From: an uncultured Acidobacteriaceae bacterium
GTDB lineage: Bacteria > Acidobacteriota > Terriglobia > Terriglobales > Acidobacteriaceae
Assembly (NCBI GenBank): GCA_963836675.1
Contig: CAWIKQ010000005.1
Location: 177,492 to 241,491, forward strand
Direction of reading: 5' to 3'
DNA: 64,000 nucleotides
The notes beneath the pieces are model-generated. The model saw only the letters and a program-made list of their open reading frames with translations, had not been told where the DNA came from and did not search any database. Below are positions 49,112-59,563 of the stretch, in pieces. A program made the translations under genes and the position numbers. Every line of letters starts with the position of its first letter. Positions within the stretch are counted from its first letter, which is position 1.

Positions 49112-51776
49112 TTAGTCGATCCTGAGCGCCTGTATTGGATCAAGCCGCGAAGCGCGCCAAGCCGGAAGAACGCATGCCAAAATCGACACGGCGAGAAGAA
49201 GAGCCGCAACCGTCGCAAAGACGGCCGGATCTAACGGCTCGGTTTGATAAAGCATGGATGCAATGAGGCGGACCGCGGCGGCGCTTCCGGCGAGACCCAG
49301 AATCAAACCGAAGAGGGCAGGGCGGAGGCCATCAAGAAGGACTGCGCGGAGCAGTTGTTCGCGCTGCGCACCGAGCGCAATTCGGATCCCAAGCTCGGCG
49401 GTCCGCTGAGTGACAAGGTAGGTAAGCACTCCGTAAAGACCGGCTGCGGCGAGGATAAGCGCGATAACTGCGAATACGAGAACGAGGAGTGAGTCGAATT
49501 GCGAATCTACTGTGGATTTGCCGATCGTCTCGCGAAGAGTTTCCACGCGTGAAACTGCCAGGTCGGTATCAAGATTACTGATGATCTTCTGCGCCGGCAT
49601 TGCAAAAGCCTCAACATTCGAGGAAGAACGCAAAACGAGGCTGAGGTTAACCCATCCGCTGCCAAAAACCGGCCAATACATGGTGGGCATGGCTGCTTGC
49701 GCAATGTTCCATCGCGTGTCCCCAACCACACCGATGACTTCGCCAACCTTGCCGTTGATGTCGATCTTGATGTGCTTGCCGATTGGGTCTTCGCCGGGAA
49801 AGCAAAGTTCTGCAGCTTTCTGGCTGATGACGACGACATTGCCGCGCTCGATCCGCTCTTCCGAGGTGAAAATGCGACCCTTGAGGAGGGGAATCTGGAT
49901 GGCTGCGAAATAACCTGGATCGGCTCCGCGCATCTGCAGGTCAAGTCCCTTTCCCTTGGGAAGAGGCGGATGCTCCACGACACTCACCAGGTTGTCGCCT
50001 CCCCAACCCTGACCAGGTACAGCGGAGACGAGCCCGGCGGCCTGCAAGCCGGGAAGCGCGCGAACACGCGTGAGAACGCTCTCATAAAAGGCCACCCGCT
50101 GAGCATCCGATTTGTATCGACCTTCGGGAAGACCGAAGTGCATTGTGAGCACATTGTCGAGCGGCACACCAAGGTCTGTTGAGCGCAGCCGCTGGTAGCT
50201 CTTCAGCAGAAGCCCGGCGCCTACAAGAAGAACTACAGTGAGAGAGACTTCAACAACGAGCAGAGTCCGCCTCAGCCCGGCGCGGGCTCGACTGCCGGAG
50301 AGGGAGCGTGAGTTCTCCTGAAGTCCTCCGAGCACATCCTTTGATTTCGCGCTGAAGGCGCTGATGAGTCCGGCGAAAAGAGCGGTGGCCAGAACCGCGG
50401 CGCAGGTAAATGCTGCTTCGGGGAAGCCTATATGGATGGCCTCGATGCGGTTCATGTCCTGACGAGTTTGAATCAGCCATTGAATAGCGGCTGCCGCCAG
50501 CAGCAACCCCAGGACACCCCCGATTATGGAGAGGAGCAGGCTTTCGACCAAACGTTCCCGCATGAGACTGCGCCAGCTTCCACCGAGTGCCACGCGGATA
50601 GCGAGTTCCTTCCGGCGGGAGGAGATTCTCGCAATGAGGAGACTGGCCACGTTCATCGAGGCGATGAGAAGAACGCAGCCCGTCGCGGCAAGCAGAGCAT
50701 AAAGAGGAGTCTTGTAATCCTGAACTTCGTCGTCGAGAAGCGTTCTGCCAATGACCGAATTATGGACCGCGGGACCAGGGTGATCGGATTTAATCTGCTT
50801 TTGCACGGCGCGCAGATGGCTGATCAGGGATGGAAGGCTCGCGCCTGCCTGCAGCCGCCCGACCACGATGGCTTCGTGATCCTCGAAGGTCTTCATCATT
50901 TCAGGAGGCATTTCGTGCCCAATTGGTCGTCCAGACCTGGTCGGTGTTTCCGCCGAAGGCGCCCGAGTATACGAACGACTCCGGCATTACCCCGATGACG
51001 GTATAGGGCCTTGCATCGAGCCAGATCTTCTTGCCTATAATGGCCGCATCGCTGTCATATCGCCGATGCCAGAACGGAGCGGAAAGAATCACGGTGGATT
51101 CGGCATTGGGACGGTCGTCGGATGCGCTGAAGCTGCGTCCGAGGGCTGGACTTACGCCTAGGATGGAAAAAAAGTTCCAGGAACACATGCCTGCGTCGAT
51201 CTTCTCCGGAAGTTTTCCTCCTTCAGCCGAGACGTTGTAGTCCTGGAAGGGCGAAATCATCGCCATCTCGGCAGCGCCCTCTGCTGCACCCTGCCACTCA
51301 AAGAAGGTGCCCGCGGCAACAGGGAGATATTCGTGCGAATTGCTGGCGCCCTCTTCATGCTCGTAGATGGATATAAGTTGGGTGGGGTCACGGTAGGGGA
51401 GCGGATTCAGCAGAATGCGATGGACGAGAGTGAAGAGCGCAATGTTGGAACCAATGCCTAGGGCAATTATCAGGACGGCGATGATCGTAAATCCGGAGGA
51501 GTGGAACAGGGAGCGAGAGACATGGCGAAGATCCCGCGCGAGGGAATCGAACCACTGCCCACTCCACGTTTGCCGGGTCTGATCCCGCATCAGCGCAGGA
51601 TTTCCGAATTGGCGAAGCGCTGCAAAGCGGGCTTCCTCAGGGCTCAAGCCCGCTGCGCGATTCTCTTCCATTTGACGGTCGATGTGATAGCGGATCTCAT
51701 CGTCGAGATGGACGGCGGCACGGTTGCGACTGAAGAGTGAGAAAAGGGCCATTCGAATTCTTGCGATGAGACGCAT
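49112..51776 (-). pseudogene. ADOP-family duplicated FtsX permease with an N-terminal permease-prefix domain, split by a +1 frameshift near 50927
   Basis: ORF 50901..51776 (LDDEIRYHIDRQMEENRAAGLSPEEARFAALRQFGNP..., first TM, periplasmic domain) ends at VWTTNWARNAS*. The next frame reads PIGHEMPPEMMKTF...VVGRLQAG and continues through two FtsX modules. Confidence 0.8.
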
Positions 51777-51814
51777 GCTGATCTCCGGTTATTCCGTTCT
51801 CTGTGCCTTTACCT

Positions 51815-52144
51815 TTAGGCTTCGCCGACCACCAGGTTGATGGCGGCAGAGAGCCGGTTCCAGTTGGCCCTTTCTTTTTCGAGTTGGGAGCGGCCGGCGG
51901 CGGTGAGGGCGTAGAACTTTGCCTGGCGGCCGGTTTCGCTTTCGGCCCATCTGGCTTTGATCCAGCCCTGCTGCTCCAGACGGTGCAGGGCGGGATAGAG
52001 AGAACCCTGTTGAACCTGGAGGACATCGCGGGAAAGTTGCTGAATCCGCTTGGCAATAGCCCATCCATGCATAGGTTCGAGCAGTAAAGTCTTGAGAATC
52101 AGCAGGTCGAGGGTTCCTTGGACCAGATCGCTTGGTTTTCCCAT
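51815..52144 (-). CDS. PadR-family transcriptional regulator
   Basis: GTLDLLILKTLLLEPMHGWAIAKRIQQLSRDVLQVQQGSLYPALHRLEQQGWI. 109 aa from the internal ATG. Lies 38 nt upstream of the ADOP gene. Confidence 0.85.
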   Translation of the reverse strand: MGKPSDLVQGTLDLLILKTLLLEPMHGWAIAKRIQQLSRDVLQVQQGSLYPALHRLEQQGWIKARWAESETGRQAKFYALTAAGRSQLEKERANWNRLSAAINLVVGEA

Positions 52145-52315
52145 ACCTAGATTATCTACAACTCGGTTTTGTAGATAGTCAAGGCATTGGTGACGAACTG
52201 CCCAGGGAGGCCCTGGTCCGCCAGGCGGGCAACCGAACCAGGGGTTTCGGGTGTCTAGACTATTGCGGAGTAAATGCTCTTTCGTTGTATGCTCCTGTGA
52301 CAGGAGAGTTGCCAG

Positions 52316-52993
52316 ATGAGGACGATGCCGATTCGCGTTATCACTGTAGAGCGGGAATATGGTTCCAGAGGCGGCGAATTTGCTCATGAACTGGCTGATC
52401 GTCTCGGCTGGCGTCTGCTCGATTCGGAACTGGTGAGCAGAGCGGCAAAGCGGGCGGGCGTTCCACCGGAGCTTGCGGCAAAGTTCGATGACCGGCTTGA
52501 CCCCTGGTACTACCGTTATGGGAAGGCGTTCTGGCATGACACGGCGTACCAGATGACCGGGCTCACGGAGGATAAAGTCTTTGACTGCGAGCGGATGCTC
52601 ACCCTGATTCGCGATGAGATTCTGGAGAATGCCGAGAAGGGGAACTGCGTTCTGGTTGGGCGCGGCTCAGCTTGCGCACTTGCCTGCCATCCCGGATGCT
52701 TCCACATTTTTGTCTATGCGACCCTGAAGGCAAAGCGGGAATGGTTTGAGAAGGCTTTTCCCAGGCAGGCGCAACATGCGGAACAAACGCTGGCAGAGCA
52801 CGACAAGCGACGTGCAGCAGTGATTCGGAAGTTCTACCAGCAGGAATGGTGCGCGCGGGGACTTTACCACATGCTGCTGAATTCAGCGATGGGCATTGAC
52901 GCGATGATCGCGTGTGTAGCAGGAGCCGCGGAATTGGAGATTGCCCAGCCAGTGGCTGCAGGCAGCGCGATTGGAACGGTTGGCAACTGCTAG
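52316..52993 (+). CDS. cytidylate-kinase-like family protein (P-loop-like, function unknown)
   Basis: ITVEREYGSRGGEFAHELADRLGWRLLDSELV and VGRGSACAL are typical of the family. Confidence 0.7.
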   Translation: MRTMPIRVITVEREYGSRGGEFAHELADRLGWRLLDSELVSRAAKRAGVPPELAAKFDDRLDPWYYRYGKAFWHDTAYQMTGLTEDKVFDCERMLTLIRDEILENAEKGNCVLVGRGSACALACHPGCFHIFVYATLKAKREWFEKAFPRQAQHAEQTLAEHDKRRAAVIRKFYQQEWCARGLYHMLLNSAMGIDAMIACVAGAAELEIAQPVAAGSAIGTVGNC

Positions 52994-54183
52994 ATTTCAA
53001 GCCGCGGAACGCGCGATGCGATGCGCGTGAATATTTCCCAGGGAATCGTGTTTGCCGCGTGGGCGTGGTCAAATGCGGAAATCGACTCGTCACCCTGTTG
53101 GCCGATCAGGACAACTTCGTCGCCCGGAATAACATCGGGGATCTCGGTTACGTCGATCACCGCCTGATCCATGCTGATGCGTCCTACGATCGGAGCGCGC
53201 TGGCCGCGCACGAGAAGCGAAAAGCGATTACCTAGACTGCGGTCGAGACCGTCTGCGTATCCTGCTGCGATTAGGGCAAGGCGCATCGGTTCGGTCGCGA
53301 CAAACGTGCCGTTGTATCCAACAACCGTGCCGGGGTCCACTGACCGGAGACTCACAACCTGCGACTTCCAGGTGAGAACAGAACTTAACTGAGCCCGCAG
53401 TTGGCTGATGGATGCGGGTTCGGCGGGCGCGAACGGCGGATCGTACTCCGGAACCAGGCCGTAGAGAGCCAGTCCGGGACGCATCAGTGGTTTCATTTCG
53501 AAACGGGCGGCAAGTTTCGCGATAGCGCCGGCCTGCCCTGCAAGAAGAGCCGCGGAATTGCCGATGTTGAGAATGCCGGGATGGATGCCGCAAGACTTCA
53601 CCGTGATCAGTGCGTCGTTCATCTGGGAGAGCTGACCTTCAGTGATCTGCCCGTCGGCCTCGTCTGCAGCGAAGAGATGAGTCATCACTCCCTCGAGGCG
53701 CACAGGGAAATCGCGACGAAAGCGCGCCAGCAGGGTTGAAAGGGATTCGATATCGGCTCCCTGCCTGCTCATTCCCGTATCAATCTCGAGGTGAACTGAG
53801 ACGGATCGCACCCCGAGAGTACGCGCAGCCGCTTCGAGCACATCAAATTGCCAGGGGTCCCAGACGACCGGGGTGAGCCTGTTACGGACAACGGTCTCTC
53901 CGTCGTTTGGAAAGACGCCGCTGATGATGAGAATGCGCGCATTGGGGCAGAGGAGGCGGGCTTCCACACCCTCCTCAACGCTGGTTACGCCGAGCCATTG
54001 AGCACCGGCGCGAACCGCGGCAGGAGCGCATAACGCAACCGAGTGACCGTACGCGTTTGCCTTGACGATCGCGAGCAGCTCGGTCTGCGATCCCGCAAGT
54101 TTGGAGAGAAATCGATAGTTTTCTTCGAATGCACGGGTAGAGATCTCTACCCAGCAGGGACGGGTTGGCATCATGCTGTCCAA
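52990..54183 (-). CDS. alr: alanine racemase
   Basis: PLP-lysine motif AIVKANAYGHS, and the C-terminal VGYNGTF...PIVGRISMD pattern. Confidence 0.9.
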   Translation of the reverse strand: MDSMMPTRPCWVEISTRAFEENYRFLSKLAGSQTELLAIVKANAYGHSVALCAPAAVRAGAQWLGVTSVEEGVEARLLCPNARILIISGVFPNDGETVVRNRLTPVVWDPWQFDVLEAAARTLGVRSVSVHLEIDTGMSRQGADIESLSTLLARFRRDFPVRLEGVMTHLFAADEADGQITEGQLSQMNDALITVKSCGIHPGILNIGNSAALLAGQAGAIAKLAARFEMKPLMRPGLALYGLVPEYDPPFAPAEPASISQLRAQLSSVLTWKSQVVSLRSVDPGTVVGYNGTFVATEPMRLALIAAGYADGLDRSLGNRFSLLVRGQRAPIVGRISMDQAVIDVTEIPDVIPGDEVVLIGQQGDESISAFDHAHAANTIPWEIFTRIASRVPRLEI

Positions 54184-54243
54184 AGTTCAAGTCTAGGTCA
54201 TCGGAGACGTCGGGGTATCGCATTGAGTGACAGCAGCGGACCC

Positions 54244-55717
54244 TTAGTCAGAAACCTGTTTGAGCTGAGATGCTGATGGCGCTTCGGTTACGAGGCTGAC
54301 AACAATCAGAGCAGCAACCGCAATGAACAGCGCGGGAAAGATGGCGTCCCGGTCGGCGATGATTTGCGGGAAGACAGATCGCACGCCCGGCAGATCCCAC
54401 GCGAGCGTGACCACGGTTCCGCTGGCGATGGCGGCAACGGCACCCCAGGCAGTCACTCGCCGGGAATAAAAAGCGGCGAGGACAACCGGAGTGAGCGCAG
54501 CGGAGTAGATGGTGTAGGCCCAAAGCATTTTTTGCAGAATGCTTTCAGCATAGACAGCCTGGTAAAGTGCCCAGCAACCGAGAAGCACGACAGCAAGCCG
54601 GGAGATGATGAGAACGCGCTTGTTGGAAGCACTCAGGTGCGATGTAGCGTACGAATACATCATTGACCAGATTTGTTGCCGGCGAGAAAAGATAGTTCGA
54701 GGCGGTTGAAATAACTTTGGCGAAGACAGCGCCGAGCAGGATAGCGCCGAGGACGGCAGGCAATCCGTGACGCGCGGTGTAAGGAATGATTTCGCGAGGA
54801 TGCAGGGAAACTTCTCCGGTGGGATAGAGGGCGCGTCCGAACACCGCGATGGCAACGATCAGGGTTTCGAGGATAAGTGTGCCGATGATCCAGCCAACCA
54901 CAGAATAGCGGGCATCTTTCTCGCTCTTTGCGGAAAAGAATTTTTGATACATCACCTGGTTGCCCAGCATCAGCAACATGGTGGGAACGAGGAACTCAAG
55001 CGCGCGAACGAGCCCTATGAAAACCGGCTGTTGAACTCCTCCTGCTGATAGGCGGTAGTTACCGAACAGCTCAAAATATTGAGGGGGGAGCATGGTGTGG
55101 AGCGCGGACCAGCCGCCCAACTGATGCAGGAGGTACGGCGCCGCGATGACGCAGATGACGGTAACCAGTGAACCTATCGCCACATCCATGTACGCTACCG
55201 ACGACATTCCGGCGAGCGCTGTGGTGACGATGACAAAAAAAGCGATGATGTAGGTGCCGAGTTGCGATGAGACAGTGTCCGGAAAGATGAGATGAAGGAC
55301 ATCGCCCCCGCCTTTGAACTGATAGCTCGTGATTCCGACGTAGGCAAAGAGAATGGCGAAAGTTCCCAGGACGCGGGCGGTCTGGTTATACCGGGCCTCA
55401 AGCAGGTCGGGAAGCGTGAACTGGGCAAATTTCCGCGCGCGGGGAGCGATGAAGTATATGAGGAGTAGTCCCAGCCAGCCTCCGGCCGGTTGCCACAGCG
55501 CGGCGAAGCCGTTTTTGTACGCGTTTTCCGCGCCTGCGAACAAAGAACCCGCGCCGATCCAGGATGTGAGCAGCGTGAGGACAAGAACAAAAGCGGGAAG
55601 CGAGCGGCCGGCGACTAGGTAATCAGCCTTGGTCTTCACGCGCGTGGTCCGATAAATTGCCACCCCGAGCAGAACAGTCGCTATGATGGCCAGGACTGCG
55701 ACGTAGAGTTGTGACAT
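54244..55717 (-). pseudogene. sodium:solute symporter (SSS) family transporter, split by a +1 frameshift near 54630
   Basis: AAGGAG then ATG 55717 gives MSQLYVAVLAIIA...YLVAGRSLP... to VFVRYIAPE. The next frame continues ASNKRVLIISRLAVVLLG... with the last TM segments. Confidence 0.8.
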
Positions 55718-55995
55718 TCCTTTGGCTCCTTGCGGGTGCTTGCTTTCGAGCAGTTCATGCGGACCTGCTGAGCTTCTTGCGCGCTCCGGCCTGAGTCTCG
55801 AACCAGAAGGCACTTAAGAAACTGGAAAGACGAGGCTTGTAAGCCGCTTCTACGCAAATCAGAACTGCGAGCAGTGTATCGGAAAAAACACAAGGCAGGG
55901 GTCAGCCCGTCCATGCGGGAAGCCAGGCTTGAAGGAGATTTCGATGCCCGCCCTCCCGGATTTGACCCTCACGGAAGCGATTGCTAAACTAGGAA

Positions 55996-56072
<77 letters not shown>

Positions 56073-56137
56073 ATCAAATCAACAAGTTACATATTGTTGC
56101 CCCTAGGTCCCATCCGGGACAGTTAGGGACAGATAAG

Positions 56138-56167
56138 AAGAGCCACCCGTCGCGGCGGCTCTTTTTC
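56138..56167 (+). terminator. probable terminator after the tRNA
   Basis: Stem aagagcc / ggctctt (7 bp, plus 2 inner pairs) running into a ttttt tract. Confidence 0.5.
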
Positions 56168-56254
56168 GTGTTTAGGGGACATCTTCGCCCAGTGCTGGTT
56201 TAAGACAATGCCAACTCATCGTTCCCGATCAAGAGCCTTTGCGCGGCTTCCTTC

Positions 56255-56566
56255 GTGATCAACTTGCTCAAGCACCCATATGAACCGGATAGTGGTCGTC
56301 ACGTGATTGAAGATGAGAACGCTTCCCATTCGGCTGCGACAACATCTCCAATTAACTTCTCCCTCAGGTACCTTGGACAAGAAGTCACGACGCTTCTAGT
56401 CGAGGGCGATGGTATCGCCACTGAGCTCAATCGAAAAGCGTTCGAGAACAAGCTGCGAGCATTCAAGAGCGAGAATCCTTTGCGCTTTGGTAATGACACG
56501 ATCAACCTTCACATCGCCCACTTCCGGGAAGGTCCGTCCCTTACTGTTGAAATGATGGATTTCTGA
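56255..56566 (+). CDS. orphan hypothetical ORF (GTG start)
   Basis: 103-codon ORF in an AT-richer stretch. No motif recognised on either strand. Coding status is uncertain. Confidence 0.25.
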   Translation: MINLLKHPYEPDSGRHVIEDENASHSAATTSPINFSLRYLGQEVTTLLVEGDGIATELNRKAFENKLRAFKSENPLRFGNDTINLHIAHFREGPSLTVEMMDF

Positions 56567-56887
56567 CAGGGATGAGACAATCATGCAATTCGAGGTTCTA
56601 TTAGCAGCGACGACGATCCAACGCGGAAGTGCCTAACGAATTCCTCTGAAACGTGCCAGTGTCTAGGCAGATTACCGATATGCGTATCACGTCTGAGAAT
56701 TGCTAGTTCTCAGGCGAATCGAAATCGCATCGTCCCTGCTGGAGACTCGAAGGTGCAGACAGAGGGTTGCCCGCAAGAGCGACTGCAGTGTTAAGGCTGT
56801 TCAATTATTTCGGGCGCTCCTCTATCTTGGGCGTACTCTCGAAAGCTCGATTGCCTGCATTTGTATCCAAGACCTGAGCTTCCGAAG

Positions 56888-56918
56888 AGCGGGAGGCCTC
56901 GTTTTGAAGTCTCCCGCT
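56888..56918 (-). terminator. stem-loop just past the NHL gene stop (possible terminator)
   Basis: Perfect 8-bp stem agcgggag / ctcccgct with a 15-nt loop. Weak U-tract on the minus strand. Confidence 0.35.
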
Positions 56919-56923
56919 GAGAA

Positions 56924-58810
56924 TCACTGAACTATCACAGTGATTGGCAGCTTCGTGCTTTCGTTTCCGCTGGCTGCGTTCACAGTCAAAGCATAAGTGC
57001 CCGCAGGCAACGTGTTGCTGCTTTTGGATGGAGTTGACGGAGTTGCGGTGGCTTGGATGCTAGACCCACTGCAGGCGCTCAGAGCTGCACTTATTCCGAG
57101 TCCGAGGATCGCGAGAATGAAACCGTACAGATGTCGTCTCACGCGTCTCACTCGCGTGAGAAGCAAAAGCAGTGGACAGAAAATTGCAATCATAAGACCG
57201 GAACGGGAGTCCAAGTTTGCCTTTGCCACTGTGGGATTCTGAGTATGGACCGTTAAGGTCACAACTTGAGTCGCAGCCGTGTCTGAAAGATCCACATTGG
57301 ATGTCGACAATTTGCAGTCCCCGGGAAAGGGCAGTCCGGCGCAACTCAGATCGACTGGGCCCTTGAAGCCGTGGAACGCCCCTACATTGATTGCGATTTG
57401 CCCGCTTTTTCCTTCAGTTATCGTCATCGGGCCATTCGGGCTTGCTATGAGTGCATATCCAAACACCGGAATGGCAAGGGTCCCATACCCCGAGAGATCT
57501 CCTGTATAGCTGGCAGTCACAGTTACGTCCCCAGCGTCTGCCAGTTCGGTCACGATTGTTGTCGTTCCCGTACCGTCGGGACTGCTTGTTCCAATCAAGG
57601 TGGAGCCTATGTACCACTTCACGGTTCCTGAGAGCGCTGGCAACCCGAGGTTGCTTATTACCTTGGCGGTCAGCGTCACATATTCTCCCATCCGCGGTTT
57701 GGGGTCAGACGATGTCAATGTCACGGAATAAGAGCTGGGGGACTGAGCTACACCAGGCCCAACTGCGCGTGTGACTCCTACTCCACTGTTCAGGATGTAA
57801 AGATATCCGGAATGATCAACCGCAATTCCATATATCGTTTCCAGTTCAGAACATAACGCTGGACCGTCGTCGCCGCCTAGCCCTGCAGTTCCGTTTCCAG
57901 CCACGGTCGAGATTAAGCCGGTGGAAGTCGCTATTGCGCGCACTCGGTTGTTGTTGTAGTCGGCAAGGTAGAGGTTTCCTTGTCCGTCTAAAGCTATCCC
58001 CGTCAACTGCCCAAATTGAGCGCTGAGCGCCGGACCTCCGTCGCCAGAGAAGCCAAAGATCCCTGTTCCGCCGATGGTCGTGATTACGCCGGATGCAGCA
58101 GCAATTTCTCGGATCCGATAGTTTCCCAAATCTTCAATAAAAAGGTTACCGCTGGGATCGATGGCGACGTCGCCAGGACCGTTCAACTGAGCGGCAATCG
58201 CAGAGCACCCGTCACCTGAAAAACCCGCGACCCCAGTCCCTGCAACCGTGCTGATCTGACCAGTAGAGCCGGCAATCTTTCGGATGCGGTTATTGGCGAT
58301 GTCGGCGAAGTAGATATTCCCAAGTGCGTCAATCGCAACTTTGGATGCTCCATTGATCTGTGCCTGAACCGCGGGCCCGCCATCGCCTGAGTAACCAGCT
58401 TTGCCGTCTGTCCCCGTGATTGTAGTGATTATCTTGTCGGGCATCGCGACCTTTTGAATGGTCGTCACAGAAGAGACATAAATGTTTCCTAATGCATCGA
58501 CGGCAATCCCAGAAGCACCCTTGACGGAAGCAACTGTGTTGACAACTCCCGTCGACGAGGCAATTTCTCGAATTCGGGTGCCATCTAGCAGGTATATATT
58601 TCCTGCTGCGTCCACTGTGACGCCGGTCAACCAGCCAAACGAAGCTTGAAGGGCAGGGCCCCCGTCGCCCGAAAAGCCTTGGAAACCATTCCCTGAGATG
58701 GTGTCGATAATGCCGGCTTGAGGCAGAGCCATCTGAGCAGAGACCATCGTTGGAGAAATGAGTGCGGCTAGTGCAAATCCCAATAGTACTAATTTGGCTC
58801 TTCGATTCAT
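56924..58810 (-). CDS. NHL-repeat protein with Ig-like C-terminal domains (secreted or cell-surface)
   Basis: GGAGA then ATG 58810 gives the signal peptide MNRRAKLVLLGFALAALISPTMVSAQ. At least six repeats of the type GFSGDGGPA..AQL..P.GVA.D..GN.Y.AD..NNRIR.I. These are followed by Ig-like segments (TLTA.V, VTVTASY). Confidence 0.8.
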   Translation of the reverse strand: MNRRAKLVLLGFALAALISPTMVSAQMALPQAGIIDTISGNGFQGFSGDGGPALQASFGWLTGVTVDAAGNIYLLDGTRIREIASSTGVVNTVASVKGASGIAVDALGNIYVSSVTTIQKVAMPDKIITTITGTDGKAGYSGDGGPAVQAQINGASKVAIDALGNIYFADIANNRIRKIAGSTGQISTVAGTGVAGFSGDGCSAIAAQLNGPGDVAIDPSGNLFIEDLGNYRIREIAAASGVITTIGGTGIFGFSGDGGPALSAQFGQLTGIALDGQGNLYLADYNNNRVRAIATSTGLISTVAGNGTAGLGGDDGPALCSELETIYGIAVDHSGYLYILNSGVGVTRAVGPGVAQSPSSYSVTLTSSDPKPRMGEYVTLTAKVISNLGLPALSGTVKWYIGSTLIGTSSPDGTGTTTIVTELADAGDVTVTASYTGDLSGYGTLAIPVFGYALIASPNGPMTITEGKSGQIAINVGAFHGFKGPVDLSCAGLPFPGDCKLSTSNVDLSDTAATQVVTLTVHTQNPTVAKANLDSRSGLMIAIFCPLLLLLTRVRRVRRHLYGFILAILGLGISAALSACSGSSIQATATPSTPSKSSNTLPAGTYALTVNAASGNESTKLPITVIVQ

Positions 58811-59563
58811 TGAATTCTCCAAGTCAGGATCAACGCAGATATTGAGTCTCACCCACACGAGAGGCGCGTCGCCTGAACCTCGTGCGTGATCGAAAATGTC
58901 CGCATGACCAGATTCTCTTTACAGAGGCCGACAGGAAGGAGGGCAGAACGAAAAGGAACAACACGAAGACCCGGTTTTCACGGATGCACCCAATCTACCC
59001 AGAATTCCTGAACAGGGCGTTTCAGACTATATATCGGCTGAGATTTAGAAGGAGTTCAGTGGACAGGGTTCAATAGCACAGGAACAGACAGAACCAACGA
59101 TCCCGTGATGCGGTTAACAATGAAGATATTTCCAAGCCACTTCGTCCCGCTCTATGGCAGAGACAGCCTAACCACTTCGCTGCAGAAGGTCGTCATCGAA
59201 TATTGTCGCGAAGGAGATCGCGCCGTTTTTTGCACTTCATGAAGCCGTCCTCAGCGACTCTCCGTCGCTGCGAATCTCAACTTTTGTCATCGGGTCATTC
59301 ACTGATCGAGGTTTTGAGCAACAGATCAGGAATCGATACCCGGAAACAGGCCACGCGCCAAGTTGTCCAAATGTGTGATTACAACCGAGAATTGTCGGTT
59401 CTCAGGGGAAACCTGAAGACTAGCCGACGTCCCGATACAAATCCGACTATGGGTGACTCAGCGATTCACCGCCAGCGAGAGAGACGCAGCAGACAAGTGA
59501 CAAGGATCACTTGTCCGCGAAGCCGTGCGAGTTCAATACGTGGTTCTATTGCGGCCGGACCGG

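Noticed and set aside
56073-56620. Integrase or integrase remnant next to the tRNA-fMet
   Set aside because: I translated both strands of 56161-56600. No R..HxxR..Y-type tyrosine-recombinase motifs or other recognisable recombinase sequence appeared. No copy of the tRNA 3' end was found downstream, so no mobile element is called.
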